Part shown: in pieces, positions 22,501 to 32,835 of the stretch
Numbering within the stretch: position 1 is the first letter of the stretch
How the letters are laid out: each line of letters starts with the position of its first letter
Origin: Babesia bigemina
Lineage: Eukaryota
Direction: 5' to 3'
Assembly (NCBI RefSeq): GCF_000981445.1
Contig: NC_027216.1
Location: 868,001 to 932,000 of the forward strand
Length of the DNA stretch: 64,000 nucleotides
Position numbers and translations under genes: made by a program
Notes under the pieces: model-generated
Databases searched by the model: none
Told to the model about the DNA's origin: nothing
The model's input: only the letters and a program-made list of their open reading frames with translations

Positions 22501-23544
22501 GCGTTGTATTACAAAGGTGTACTGAACGCGTGTCATCGCGTGAAAGGCTCGCAATTGAAGGGGAATTGTATTGACGTTAAGATGGATTCACTGGAACACA
22601 GCCTGGGAGATCTCGGAGACGATGCCAATACGGAGAAAACACCTAAGTCGCAATTATCCCATCAGCTACCTCATGCTGATGATAATGGTACTCCTGGTGC
22701 GTGTAATGGTGCTAAGGAATATTTCGCGGCTTCTAAAACCGGGATGAAAGAGCTCGAACTCCTACGTGACACGGCCTTCGCCGAAGCTGCCGCGGATATT
22801 TCAAAAGTCATGCGGTGCCCTTTGTTTCGCCATTCCGCCACAGTATTCGCATTAGCACTGCTGGAATACATACGTCAGGCGATAGAAGCGCTACAATATG
22901 ACGTTGATCAGATCGGCCTTAGTGGATGTGCTGAAATTTCCAGGACTCTATCCATGCTCATCGCGTTCCAGCAAATGATGGAAATGGAACTCGACGTCGC
23001 TCACCAAACGTTGCTAAATAAGTGTCAAAACGACATAGTTGCAGTCGTTGCCAGCAAGGTAATGGCGGCCGCGGAGGATGAACCGGGAGTTGGCCGGGAC
23101 CTCATGGCGCTGCCAAGGGATACGGCCTGGCGTGGCGAGTCGCAGGGCGGGTTTGCGGAACGCGTAGAGTCCCTGTCGATACGCATGGAAAGACAAGACT
23201 TCCTGCGGACAGCCCACGCAATGGCCATCTCCTTGAGCGCCGTGGAACTCACGGAACCGCTTGCTGACGCCGTGCACACAATTATGCAGGTCATGTACAA
23301 GCGGCTCCCGTACATGGCGGACATTGATCTCGTAGGTGCCGCTATAACCGTTACGGAGGTTTACGCGGCTCTGGTGCACACGCAGGATTACTCAGAAGAA
23401 GATCCAGGGGGTAGGCTGACTCAGCTGGTACGCATTCTGCGCGTGCAATGCCGAGAACTTATCGAGATGCAGCCGGCACACACGGACGAAGTGTATACGC
23501 TCAGTACATGTGGTAGATTGGCGTTGATTGCGGCTATCGCATAG
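19525..23544 (+). CDS. Hypothetical 1339-aa protein, probable mitochondrial targeting, helical-repeat-like segment
   Basis: Single long ORF with an Ala/Arg/Ser-rich, acid-free N-terminus. HPR-like units such as FRPYDVAATVSVYGK and SVDEMLAVIESYSRV. Confidence 0.7.
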   Translation: MAAGNRLSGLTAFSRAVHLGLARVNAQAALTSVGAAHSTAKAAYGYLSQSRTTPVYKAAANNANKGKAGHEIPLGEAASEKSTRTVPPPASQRDGRVNAYTKNDATHKKGGDSGPRRDERRQDPKRVSLQQDSRFLNPQNDEPENYYDIKDPRNAVPSPGFDENDRRAKITSREDATDEIELEFDGEPLPHRNASDRLGTFGSRTVTLKKPCVVTKRLITVEAPIHSLTGRDVLEAVLHGLHHYAPFTTVEQLYKHVQTDSVTVGTGKGCESELLASLEDHVCLLARNRGLRVREAVMLAMIYDHQGSLRPEIRDALAVALQMQLWAFRPYDVAATVSVYGKYGSRYRPLLNTLGLVFYDMMIAGKTAVAPQGPSVDEMLAVIESYSRVDMPIKRVTDAAFGTLYQHVSQMSRGQMLTVLDAFFKLSQDGNFVELYTKIIGKLFGQPVLFVDGFQKYAERYLNANFQSPMENTDIATIGEQSPAYAPNEVMRLMVAMAKCKSEQLIHAVHNRIEFKRLWSQNIRDKIMPWKASVVEPGAIIAPGLVAPPIDHVTMVEAAGRDKVSSGVDVCRAQISGNDHATANKSVDVTGDNAANHGADVQQVTREADNQVNTSPEPDAEIPLDVSSGSVMVSYADQIPLIYEGMLRMLSDTLGFTQHPKHFSQLIYDANRSVVSKTADVCKELGVDSTFERLSRHCRAHYPFVASLYAIWRRYGTPGDSALQHTADMPLFKVDGASVQACPNTPEDVIIIHANQLIKSATDGSEENKQSGNAGLAANTVYPYLCSYERRLNEAMHALSVGGGANVDKFCTGPQVSANDLALTIRALQDYARYADHLHTETVNHLAALYFRMLFVSPSAPVASAEVTSTGSSEFLNCIMDATPTSLMVEHGHIPFTQNKNAVGNPEFYQVRHAEYMYYKPTPLFTDLFRGNAELYGLMMYTVAHKLQYSGTRGGPECDLASTVQVVCTMQHVLHPFYVIARGSTNDILKWHALYYKGVLNACHRVKGSQLKGNCIDVKMDSLEHSLGDLGDDANTEKTPKSQLSHQLPHADDNGTPGACNGAKEYFAASKTGMKELELLRDTAFAEAAADISKVMRCPLFRHSATVFALALLEYIRQAIEALQYDVDQIGLSGCAEISRTLSMLIAFQQMMEMELDVAHQTLLNKCQNDIVAVVASKVMAAAEDEPGVGRDLMALPRDTAWRGESQGGFAERVESLSIRMERQDFLRTAHAMAISLSAVELTEPLADAVHTIMQVMYKRLPYMADIDLVGAAITVTEVYAALVHTQDYSEEDPGGRLTQLVRILRVQCRELIEMQPAHTDEVYTLSTCGRLALIAAIA

Positions 23545-23704
23545 GGCCGGCCACCGCCGGTTGCGGTCGTCGGCACCTGAGCAAGTTGCAACGCACTCCA
23601 GTGAGTCCGGCATGGCACTGCCCATCAGAATCGCAACTCCACTGTTCATAATCTGTTAACATACCGAATTCAGCATTACTTTTTCATCAGCAATTCCTCC
23701 CAAG

Positions 23705-25468
23705 ATGGTTGACCCAACTATGAACGCTAGGCAAGGCTCACCCATGCGGTGCTGCAACCCGAGAGCATTCCGGCGGAACGCTTCACCGGTGTTCAGGCAG
23801 CAGTTCATCAGCGATAACGGCAAGATGAAGCTCTCGATGCCAATGTCGCCGCTGCACTACATCACGGCATCTGGGTACTACGCCAACGACCTCAGACTCG
23901 CCTCACCGAACGTCCAAATGGATGCGCAAAAATGCCCCCAGCCGGTACCCTACCCGATGGTTTACGATCAGCAGCCAATGCAAATGGGCTCCATCGGGGT
24001 GGTGGATGCGTGTTACCCGCAACGAATGGAAAGCGTTGGCAGCAGGCCGCCCACGCCCAACATGCAAGTCTTCGTGCAGCAGCCTCAGGAATACCGACGC
24101 GCATCAGCGCAGTTAGGGGGTGCTCAAAACGTCGTGGTCGAACAGAAGTCCAACGTTAGCCTTGGCCAACCAAGCCAGAGAATCGAACTAACGGATATAC
24201 TACTTGTTCTGACCCGCATCGAGAAAAAAGTGGATCACCTGCAGGAGCTGCACGAGGCCATGGAAAACGAGAATAAGGAAAAGAATGCAATGTTTAAGCC
24301 GAAATCGGGAGAGCAGACTGCCGCGCAACTGCACGTGCACTGCACTGAGCACTTAGTTCAACAGATCAAGCCAGCTTCGTTGGAAAAGTTGGGCAGTAAA
24401 CTATCAGTTAGCTCGGAAACGCTTTCCAAGAGCAGTTCTGGCAAGTACTCGTCAGAAAGCTTGTGCGACAGGCCGATGAAGCAATTGTCGATGCCATCCA
24501 TAACGCAAGAACTGGCCAACATCCAAAAACCCGGGAGCAAGGTATTCGACGTCTCCAATGAACTGCGCAAATCGAACGACATGTTGGAGCAATTCCTGGC
24601 CACTGCGGGGGCGATAGGCGATGTAGACGATCAGGAAGGAGCCTTGCAACACGAGAACCTGCAACTCTCACAAGCGATGAAGCACATAGAAGCAGGCCAA
24701 CACCCAACGCAGGAGATATGCGATCAAGAAGGCGACGATCAGTCGAAATCGGAGACTATAGAGAGTTACAGTGCTGCCAAGCCCATCGTCTCCACCGTTT
24801 CCATGATCATGGAAGACCAGGCAAAAGATTCCATAGAAAATCTCGAGAAAAGGTTCCACATGCTCATTAAAACATTGGAACACAACAGAGGTGACAACGC
24901 CCGGATGAACGGCCAGACGGGTGCATTGGAAGGGCGAAAGGAAAATGCTATTGAGGGCGCTAAACAGCCTGCATTGACTGCCCAGCAACTTCAGGCAATC
25001 GCGGCTGGAGGTTTCGACGCTGAAGGCGGTTTCAATATGGGCGAAATCGCCCTTAGGGGAATCATTGGCGAACTAGCTACGCGCGAAGCGGAAGCCCGTA
25101 CCGGATCAGAATTACAAACACGAAATATACAATTGCCAGCAGTCATTCCAACTGAAAACACGGCGCTGACTCTACAAAGCCAACAAGCTGTAGCCCCAGT
25201 GGTGCCTCAGGATATGGGATTTTCACTCAACGAACACATGAAAAGTATTAGCACCGAGCACCGAGAGGAACTGCAGCAGGCCGAACAAGCGTTGAGAACT
25301 CAGGTCTCAAATAATAGCAGAAGTGGCACGGAAGAAGAAAATCTAGTTGCAAAATCGTCGAATGGAGAAATGGATTCACAAAACCTTACATGTTCCATGT
25401 TAACGGAGGACTATAGTCGGCAATATTCCTTGGAACACGCAGATTCGATAAGGGATCTCAACACCTAA
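23705..25468 (+). CDS. Hypothetical Gln/Glu-rich coiled-coil protein, 587 aa
   Basis: Long ORF, low-complexity Pro/Gln N-terminus, heptad segment DILLVLTRIEKKVDHLQELHE. Confidence 0.7.
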   Translation: MVDPTMNARQGSPMRCCNPRAFRRNASPVFRQQFISDNGKMKLSMPMSPLHYITASGYYANDLRLASPNVQMDAQKCPQPVPYPMVYDQQPMQMGSIGVVDACYPQRMESVGSRPPTPNMQVFVQQPQEYRRASAQLGGAQNVVVEQKSNVSLGQPSQRIELTDILLVLTRIEKKVDHLQELHEAMENENKEKNAMFKPKSGEQTAAQLHVHCTEHLVQQIKPASLEKLGSKLSVSSETLSKSSSGKYSSESLCDRPMKQLSMPSITQELANIQKPGSKVFDVSNELRKSNDMLEQFLATAGAIGDVDDQEGALQHENLQLSQAMKHIEAGQHPTQEICDQEGDDQSKSETIESYSAAKPIVSTVSMIMEDQAKDSIENLEKRFHMLIKTLEHNRGDNARMNGQTGALEGRKENAIEGAKQPALTAQQLQAIAAGGFDAEGGFNMGEIALRGIIGELATREAEARTGSELQTRNIQLPAVIPTENTALTLQSQQAVAPVVPQDMGFSLNEHMKSISTEHREELQQAEQALRTQVSNNSRSGTEEENLVAKSSNGEMDSQNLTCSMLTEDYSRQYSLEHADSIRDLNT

Positions 25469-25479
25469 ATTATCTATTT

Positions 25480-27985
25480 CTACTCAGTTACGGCGTCGAT
25501 CCCCTTAGCCACAGAAGCTATTAGCCCTTCCCACTTAGCGTCAAACGCACCCAGTGACACTAGTGAATCTCGCAGCAGTAGTAGGTCGGCGCTGGACAGC
25601 GCCTCGATGTTGTCCTCAGCAAACACGTAAGCGGTGGCCAGCAGGCCACTCCAGTCTTCACATAGTCGCGAGCGTACCTAAAAGTGCCTTAATAAAGTCG
25701 TAAGCTAACCAACCAAAAGCGCGAATAGCACTGAAAAGTCCCTCACATCACGGTGCGGCAGTGGTTTGGCAACCTTCTTAGTACGGGCAGGCGGTAGTTC
25801 CGGCAATCCCAGGTGCATCAGGTCATCTCTGAGCTTTTTACACCCTTCGGCGTGCATCCCCAAGATCAGCAGCAGCTCAGCCAAAGGAGCAACCTCTTGC
25901 GGCAAACCGACCGATGGGTCAGCTATCAACGCCCGCGCAGCATCGGCGGCTGCATCGAAATAACTTGGAGAAATAGATTGCACGGCCATCATGCCCAACA
26001 GCACGCTGAGCCTATCGGACGCGAAAGGTAAACCATCACGCAACAATTCGGCGGACTGGCGTGCTAACGAGTCTAATTCGAAACCCAACATGGGGATGTA
26101 TTGTAGACAAGTGGCAGCCTTAGCCATCACCGATTTGCGTTGTTTCACGTCAATCGCCTTCTCCCGCAGAAGGGTCAACGTGAATGCGATGAAACGCTCG
26201 ATGTGTTCCAGCACCAACCGCTGACTTTCGGGACGCGAATCCGGTATGCTGGGCAGGAACTGCGCCAACGCCTGTGCAGTTGCAGAGTCCAAAACCCGAT
26301 CCGCACCCCTGCATACGTTGAACGACTTGTTTAACCAAACTCACAATCCACTCAGGTAGCGATCCACGGCGTCAAAAACCTCCCGAGGGCACTGCTTCAT
26401 CAAGCGAGCAGCCGTGAGCAGCGCTTTACGCGCTTTCACGGACAAGGTGTCGAATAAGCGAGAAGCTCGTACCAGGAGAAGATTGGTCAGTTCATGATTG
26501 GGGACCCGGCAACGTGGATTCAGCAAGGCGACGGCCGCCGCAGAAGGCGGCATCTCACACTCACCCGTACGAAGCGCGTGTAATAGCTCAGACATCTCGC
26601 GCTCAGATAGCCATGCCAGGCGCAAAGCGAGATTGTGATCGGGCCCATCCGGAGTTGAGTTGGGCTTGAGGAACTCGGCGACGCTACAACAAGCAAGCAA
26701 CTCATCTTTGATCGCCTGGGGAGTAGCGGGGTCGTTGGACAAATACTCAAGCAAATGAACAGCCCCCGACGGGCACAGCAACGCGTGCTCCCCCTTCACC
26801 ACCTCGAACATCAGACGACTAAATGCGGGGTGAACGATACCAGCGTGAGCCAGAGCCGCCGCCAGGGATGTCGCATGGCGCGGAACGACGCCTTTCGCTG
26901 GCATGTAAGAATATATCATCGCCAAACGGTGCAGCACGTCATTGCAGTATCGGAAACAATGTCGGAAGCCGCTGGCCAGAAGCGCAATCTCGCCTTGGGT
27001 CAAGTCCGATAGTTTGCCTGAAATCAAAACATCCCTAATGAATCTGTATATCGGGAGAAGGAGTGCCTCATCTTTCACCAGGCCGCTATTACGAAACACG
27101 CCCAAGGCCCACGAAAGCCAGGGGGTGCTAGTGCGGGCTTCGTCACTATAACCCTTCTTCACCTCGAGGCGAACCCGCTCGAGCACCGCCGTCAGTAAGG
27201 CGGCGACGTCGACAGCGTCCTGGGGAGCATTAAGGCCGCGTGCTATCTGAATGGCAACTGCTTGATAGGGCAAAGCTCCTTGGACACCACTGCGGTGCAT
27301 GCGGTCAAAAATCCATTTCAACTCGGAGATGCGCACACAGTTGAAGACACGAGCCAGAAGCACCGAAGTTAGGGGCTTGACGGTGCTGCCATTGCGGGCA
27401 CCACCACGGCGATCGAGGCCATGGTTCTCTTCGCTTGACAGCGGCGGAGGCGCATACGGCGTGAACAGGGGGCGGGCCGTCAGCTGCGACTCACGGACAG
27501 TAACGCAGGTGCCGTGGTAGCCGGATAACGAGCCGCGCACAATACCGCGCTCATTACGGCAGTCCAACACCACGCTCACCTACGATATGTCAACGCAAAA
27601 TGCTACAACAAACCAGATACGGCTCGCCAGGCGCCCGACGAAAGGTGGAGAGCACAGTACCCCTGGCGTTGCGATAAGGACCAGACGCCAAATAGACGCA
27701 GTCGCCTGGGTCGAAGAGGGCGCCTCGCGCGCGCAGCTTGCGGCGATGATTGTACAGCGTGCGCTGAAGGCCGAACGCCGGGCTGTCCGATACTATCACT
27801 TCATTTTCCTTGCCTGGCTCTGGAGAAGGCGCAAGCAGAATGGGATCGTCTAGCAGCGATTTGGCGCATAAACGCGTGTACGCAAGTCCCGCTCGAGGCG
27901 CGGAAATCGATGAACTATGCTGGAGGCGAACGAAGGCAGCAGCGTTGGCAGCGAGAAGGAGGTAGAGGAGCAGCCAATGGCGCAT
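25480..27985 (-). CDS. Probable apicoplast-targeted KOW-motif + helical-repeat protein, 4 exons
   Basis: ORFs 27590-28018, 26341-27579 and 25705-26292 plus a final exon ending TAG at 25480 join via short GT-AG introns. Signal peptide MRHWLLLYLLLAANAAA, transit-like segment, KOW-like FDPGDCVYLASGPYRNARGTV. Confidence 0.6.
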
Positions 27986-28138
27986 ACTCCGTCGCGCAAC
28001 CAGCACACATTCACTCATATAACGTCCATAATTCGGTATAGATTAAGAATCCAGCCGTTATAACTAGGAATCCGGCACAACGAACCACATTGGCGCCGTC
28101 GTGAGGCGCTGTGGACGGTGCCGCAGCTGCCAGTCAAA

Positions 28139-29723
28139 ATGGGAGGAAGCAAGCACCGGCACAGCAAGGACAAACTGTACCTTTTGCACACCGAGCTTGA
28201 GAGCTCCTTGGACCCCAAGCTACGAGCGAGAGCGGGAGAGCTGCTGTCACTGGACGCTTGCTCCTTGAGCCTCCAGCCGTTCAGCAAACCGGTTTGCTCG
28301 CCTCAAGGACACGTGTTCGACGACTCTAACATACGCGAATATATCACCCTGCATGGGAGCAACCCGGTGAACGGCGAACCGCTGCAGATCAACCAACTCG
28401 TGGAGCTCCATTTCACCAGGGATGAGAACAACGAGCTGCAATGCCCACTCTCCTTCAAAAGGTTCACCCCGAGCTCGCACGTAGTTGCGGTGCTCGCTTC
28501 GGGCTACGTCTATGGGCACGCCGCCCTCAAGGACATCGCGAAGAAGCAGAAGGATGGGACCATGAGCGACCCTATGACCGGTGAGTTCGGTGCGCTACAA
28601 ATTAGACATGTTCGCGTCAGGGGTGCCGTTCACCAAGGCGGACGTTGTCACGCTGCAGGACCCACACAACACCGAGTGGCGCAAGATAGCCAACTTCAAA
28701 CATATCGCAACCACCTTCGCCAGAAGCGGCGACGCCAAGGGCGAAATCAGGGGTAACGCACTATATCGCAGCACCATAGACAAGTTCGACGGCGCAACTG
28801 ATCTCGTGGAGAACCACGCGAAGATATTCAATGCAGCGAACAAGGATGACCTGGCGGATCGACCGAAGCACGCCAGGTTCACCACCAGCGGACAGGCAAG
28901 CAGCTTCACATGCACTGCCATCAACGCGTCATACGCCACGCAGTATAGGCCGATGACGGTCTTCGAGGTCAGAGAGCCGTTATACGCCATGGTCAAAAAG
29001 CAAAAGCTGAAGGCGTACGTCAAACTCGTCACCAGCGACGGGGACCTCAACTTTGTGCTCCACGCAGACCGCGTGCCCATGACGTGTGACAATTTCCTGC
29101 AGCACTGCGAAGACGGCTACTACAACAACACCATATTCCACCGCTGCATACCCAACTTCATAATACAGGGCGGCGACCCCACGGGCACGGGAGGGGGAGG
29201 CGAGAGTGCCTTCCACACCAGGGCAAAGCGCAACAACCCGAATGAGGAGGTGCCCAAGTACTTCAAAGACGAGTTCGACAACACGCTCTTCCACCTGGGC
29301 GCCGGGGTGCTGTCCATGGCCAACAAGGGAAAACACACCAACGGCTCGCAGTTCTTCATCACATTCAACACCTGCGACCACCTCGACCACAGGCACACGG
29401 TATTCGGAAAGCTCGTGGGGGGCATGGACGTGCTCAAAAAGTGGGTCAACCTGAAGGTGGATGACGACGAGCGGCCAAAGCAGCCGCCGAAAATCATCAA
29501 GGCCGTAATATGCTCAAACCCGTTTGACACCGTGGCGCAGCAGCTGAGGGAGGAGGAGCAACGCGAGGCCACCAACAAAAAGAGGAGGCTGTCCAGCACA
29601 ACACGGAACTGGATAATCAACCCGCAGCTGCAACTGCAGAGCGCCGGGGCAACTGAAAACAAGCAGGTGGGTCACCTGCTAGACAAAAAGTTGAAGGTCG
29701 ACAAAAAGGGTGCACACGGCTGA
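28139..29723 (+). CDS. PPIL2: Cyclophilin with N-terminal U-box/Rtf2-type RING (PPIL2/CYP60-like), 2 exons
   Basis: MGGSKHRHSKDKLYL, CSLSLQPF..PVC, intron 28581-28620, cyclophilin motifs FHRCIPNFIIQGGDPTGTG and LSMANKGKHTNGSQFFIT. Confidence 0.93.
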
Positions 29724-29981
29724 CTTGGGTCACCACACCCACACAAACATGTAGAGTATATAGCATTACTTCTTTAAGCGTGTTAAACCACACTGTTGGC
29801 CTTGCAGCCGTTGTTGCCGCCCTGCAGCAACCGGGACGTGCGTTAAACCTTTTGCCGCAGGACATTGAATAAGGCGTCATGGATCGGGTGCTGCACGCTG
29901 TACTCGCCATAATGTGCCGAATTGGGTGTACGGGACGCACACCACCGTGGCTGGCACTTGGGGTGGGAGTCGGCGCAGCCC

Positions 29982-32738
29982 TCACACCGGCTTACCAGCG
30001 GCGTTTTCTCGCGCCCTCCGCTTAGTGCGTCCGTCAGTCTCCTCGCAGACCCGAATGTGCTGTGACAGCGCGCACATGTTTTGAATGATCGCCGGCAGCG
30101 AGTAGAAAAATGACATGCCGCATTTCATGAACAGAAGCGGGTCGAGAACGGCGTCCGGCACGCCGGCCACATGCATCTCGAGGGAGGTGGGGAATCCCAC
30201 GTCCAACTTCCCGTGACTTTGCAGATGCGTCACCACCTCTCGAGGCAGACGGTCCCAGGTGCCAGCTCGGGAGACGAACTCCTTATAGAGCGAGGAACGC
30301 GAGGTGTGGGACGCCGGCTTGGTCGGCTCAGTCTTACACGGTCGTTCAACAGTGGACGACTTGCGGCTCCAAAACTTGAATGCCACCATGTGCCAGTTGT
30401 AGACAAACGTGTGGCTGGTGGTGCGCAGGCGGTAGCCATCCTGCTCTGCCAGGGTCAACAGGTTAGTCCCACGTGAACCTTCACGATCGCCGTATATGCC
30501 GCGACGGTAAAACAGCCTCCGCAACATATCAACGTCAAGCGGCATCCTGCAGAACAGAGAAGAGGTCGCCTCGTCGAAAAACCGGCTCTTGTTGTTCAGA
30601 CTAATGCTCATGAAGGGCATCATCCCCTTCTTGAACACGTTGTTGAACTCTTCCACCACAATGGGATAGTGTTTGTTGGACACCGCCGTCTCGTAGAGTT
30701 TGCATAGGGCCTCGAGGTAGTCATTGAAGGCACGCAGTCGCTGCCTGCGTCGATCGACGCACAGGTTCAGAATGCGGCTGCCGCTCTCGGAGTAGGGCGA
30801 GAGCTCGGCGTTTGTCATCACGATAGAGCTCAGCTCGCGCAGCGCCTTCGCAGGGATGTCCGCAGTGTTGGGCACACAGCGCCCGTCGCGCAAGGACGCC
30901 TTCGGGTAGGTGCCTCCCACCTCGCAGAGGGCGGGGATGGTCACGTAGCTGGCACAACCTTCACCCTTGGGGGTCTTACTGGCGTCGGGGTCCACGAAAC
31001 TGTACCCAATGGCGGGGTAAAGGTCGGACACCAGGAGACGTCGGAGCTCGAACAAACGGTTTATCACGGAAGGGTCGAATTCCTCCAACATGCGGTCCTC
31101 GCAAAACTCGCAGAATATGACCGATATGCCATTGTTCAAACTCCAACCGGAACACGTTGTGCACTCAGCACTCACCGCATTCTTAATCGCGAAGACGCTC
31201 GAGATGGCATCCTCCAGGCGGTTCTGGAGGGTTACCTGCCGATTGTGGTATTTTTTGAGGCGGGGATCCTGCGTGTTGCCGTCACGCTCGCCTAAGGTAC
31301 CCACGCAACTCAGCTGCGGAACGCCGTCAGCGCCCACTATCACGGTGGACATGATCTCCATGGCGTCCTGGGTGTACGACTTGTACTCCGCCGACGCACG
31401 CTCTGACGCGGCGCCCAAATCCCCTCCATCCAACGTGAGTTGAGATGAATTGTGACCTTGAGGAAGCGCGCAATAATAATTGCCGTATATGGATTTGGGG
31501 TCGTAGGTGCCGGGTAGGTAGGAATCGTCCTCAGCGGTTTCCCCACCATCTACGCCACTGTCACCGTCGCATGGACCCTCAGACGCATCCTCATCATCGT
31601 CACCGTCATAGGTCATGGTGCGGTCATCGTCAAGAGCATCGACAGTCGCCTCCTCCACATTCTTAGCCACGACGTCGGCATTATCGTTGCATGCAGGTTG
31701 CAACGCGCCCTCTGTAGCTGGTGCTGGTGCTTCTGCGGCCTTATTTAGATCTTCACAAGTGGCACCTATTGACAAACTGTTTGCGTTGTCTTCACGTGAG
31801 GCAGTGTCCTCGTTGGCGGGCCCCGGTTGGTCGGGGGCGTCAACCTCCATCGCCATATAATCGGTAGCAGCTTGGGTGTCGCAGTTGAGCGACCCATCTG
31901 TGCAATCGTCAATCGAAAAGCCCTCCGCTGCCACGTTGTAGGCAGGAGCGCCGATGTTGTCCTCTGTGAACCTCTGCAGAGCCGATTCGTAGGCGTTATA
32001 GGAACCGTTACAGGACCACTCGTACGACAAATGCGCGTCGTTGATCACGCCAAAAACTATCACCCCACGCTCTATTTTGTAGGAAGAGTCCATATAAATG
32101 GGCACATGGCGGCCCCAACGTGACGTGGAGTCATGAACGGAACCCTCGTCGACGCCCGATGAGCGGCCACTATCCGATCGAAAGAGCTTTGCGTCATCGG
32201 GGCGCACGCGAGGCCGCAGGATGTCGTCGGTGGTTATCACGGCGTCCAGGTGCTCCAGTGTCACCGAATCCTCACTCTCAGAAAAGGAATCCTCCTCCTC
32301 GCTCTCCGTGCATGAGGACGACGTGCCCGAGCTCTCGCCAGCGCGGATGCGACGAGGGCGGTTCGGAGTGGCTACGCGCTCCCGCTTATCGAACACGCCG
32401 AAGAAGAAGTTCCACTGCTTCAGATATTGCGGATCGAGGCGCGCGTAGGCGGGGATTTCGGGATACGCGTACTGGCGGATGCCAGGGCACGCAGCCAACT
32501 TCAGCACCCTCACATCCTCGCAATCGGCGAAACCCACCGAATTTACCATGTCCTCCAGCGGCTTGAAACATGGCTGCCGCCAGCCGATCAGCGGAAACGG
32601 CGGATACGACAGCTGAGCGGACAGCATCTCCTCGAACAGCGACCGCAAACGCGAACGGTACTCGCTGCCGCGGACCTCGTAGCGCGACTCCGATACGAGG
32701 AACTCGTAGAGCATCGGCAAAACCGCGGACGCCACCAT
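29982..32738 (-). CDS. Hypothetical protein of about 920 aa with acidic low-complexity tracts
   Basis: Long ORF with CxxC pairs (CTTC...CEFC). A possible extra terminal exon to about 29877 via a GTAAGC donor near 29995. Confidence 0.7.
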   Translation of the reverse strand: MVASAVLPMLYEFLVSESRYEVRGSEYRSRLRSLFEEMLSAQLSYPPFPLIGWRQPCFKPLEDMVNSVGFADCEDVRVLKLAACPGIRQYAYPEIPAYARLDPQYLKQWNFFFGVFDKRERVATPNRPRRIRAGESSGTSSSCTESEEEDSFSESEDSVTLEHLDAVITTDDILRPRVRPDDAKLFRSDSGRSSGVDEGSVHDSTSRWGRHVPIYMDSSYKIERGVIVFGVINDAHLSYEWSCNGSYNAYESALQRFTEDNIGAPAYNVAAEGFSIDDCTDGSLNCDTQAATDYMAMEVDAPDQPGPANEDTASREDNANSLSIGATCEDLNKAAEAPAPATEGALQPACNDNADVVAKNVEEATVDALDDDRTMTYDGDDDEDASEGPCDGDSGVDGGETAEDDSYLPGTYDPKSIYGNYYCALPQGHNSSQLTLDGGDLGAASERASAEYKSYTQDAMEIMSTVIVGADGVPQLSCVGTLGERDGNTQDPRLKKYHNRQVTLQNRLEDAISSVFAIKNAVSAECTTCSGWSLNNGISVIFCEFCEDRMLEEFDPSVINRLFELRRLLVSDLYPAIGYSFVDPDASKTPKGEGCASYVTIPALCEVGGTYPKASLRDGRCVPNTADIPAKALRELSSIVMTNAELSPYSESGSRILNLCVDRRRQRLRAFNDYLEALCKLYETAVSNKHYPIVVEEFNNVFKKGMMPFMSISLNNKSRFFDEATSSLFCRMPLDVDMLRRLFYRRGIYGDREGSRGTNLLTLAEQDGYRLRTTSHTFVYNWHMVAFKFWSRKSSTVERPCKTEPTKPASHTSRSSLYKEFVSRAGTWDRLPREVVTHLQSHGKLDVGFPTSLEMHVAGVPDAVLDPLLFMKCGMSFFYSLPAIIQNMCALSQHIRVCEETDGRTKRRARENAAGKPV

Positions 32739-32835
32739 TTTCTACAGGAGAACGGATAGCCACTGGCACAGCTTCAAGGCGGGTGTGTGCCCATGAAACG
32801 GGCGCAGCGCAGCCGCATATAAGAAAAGATGTGCA

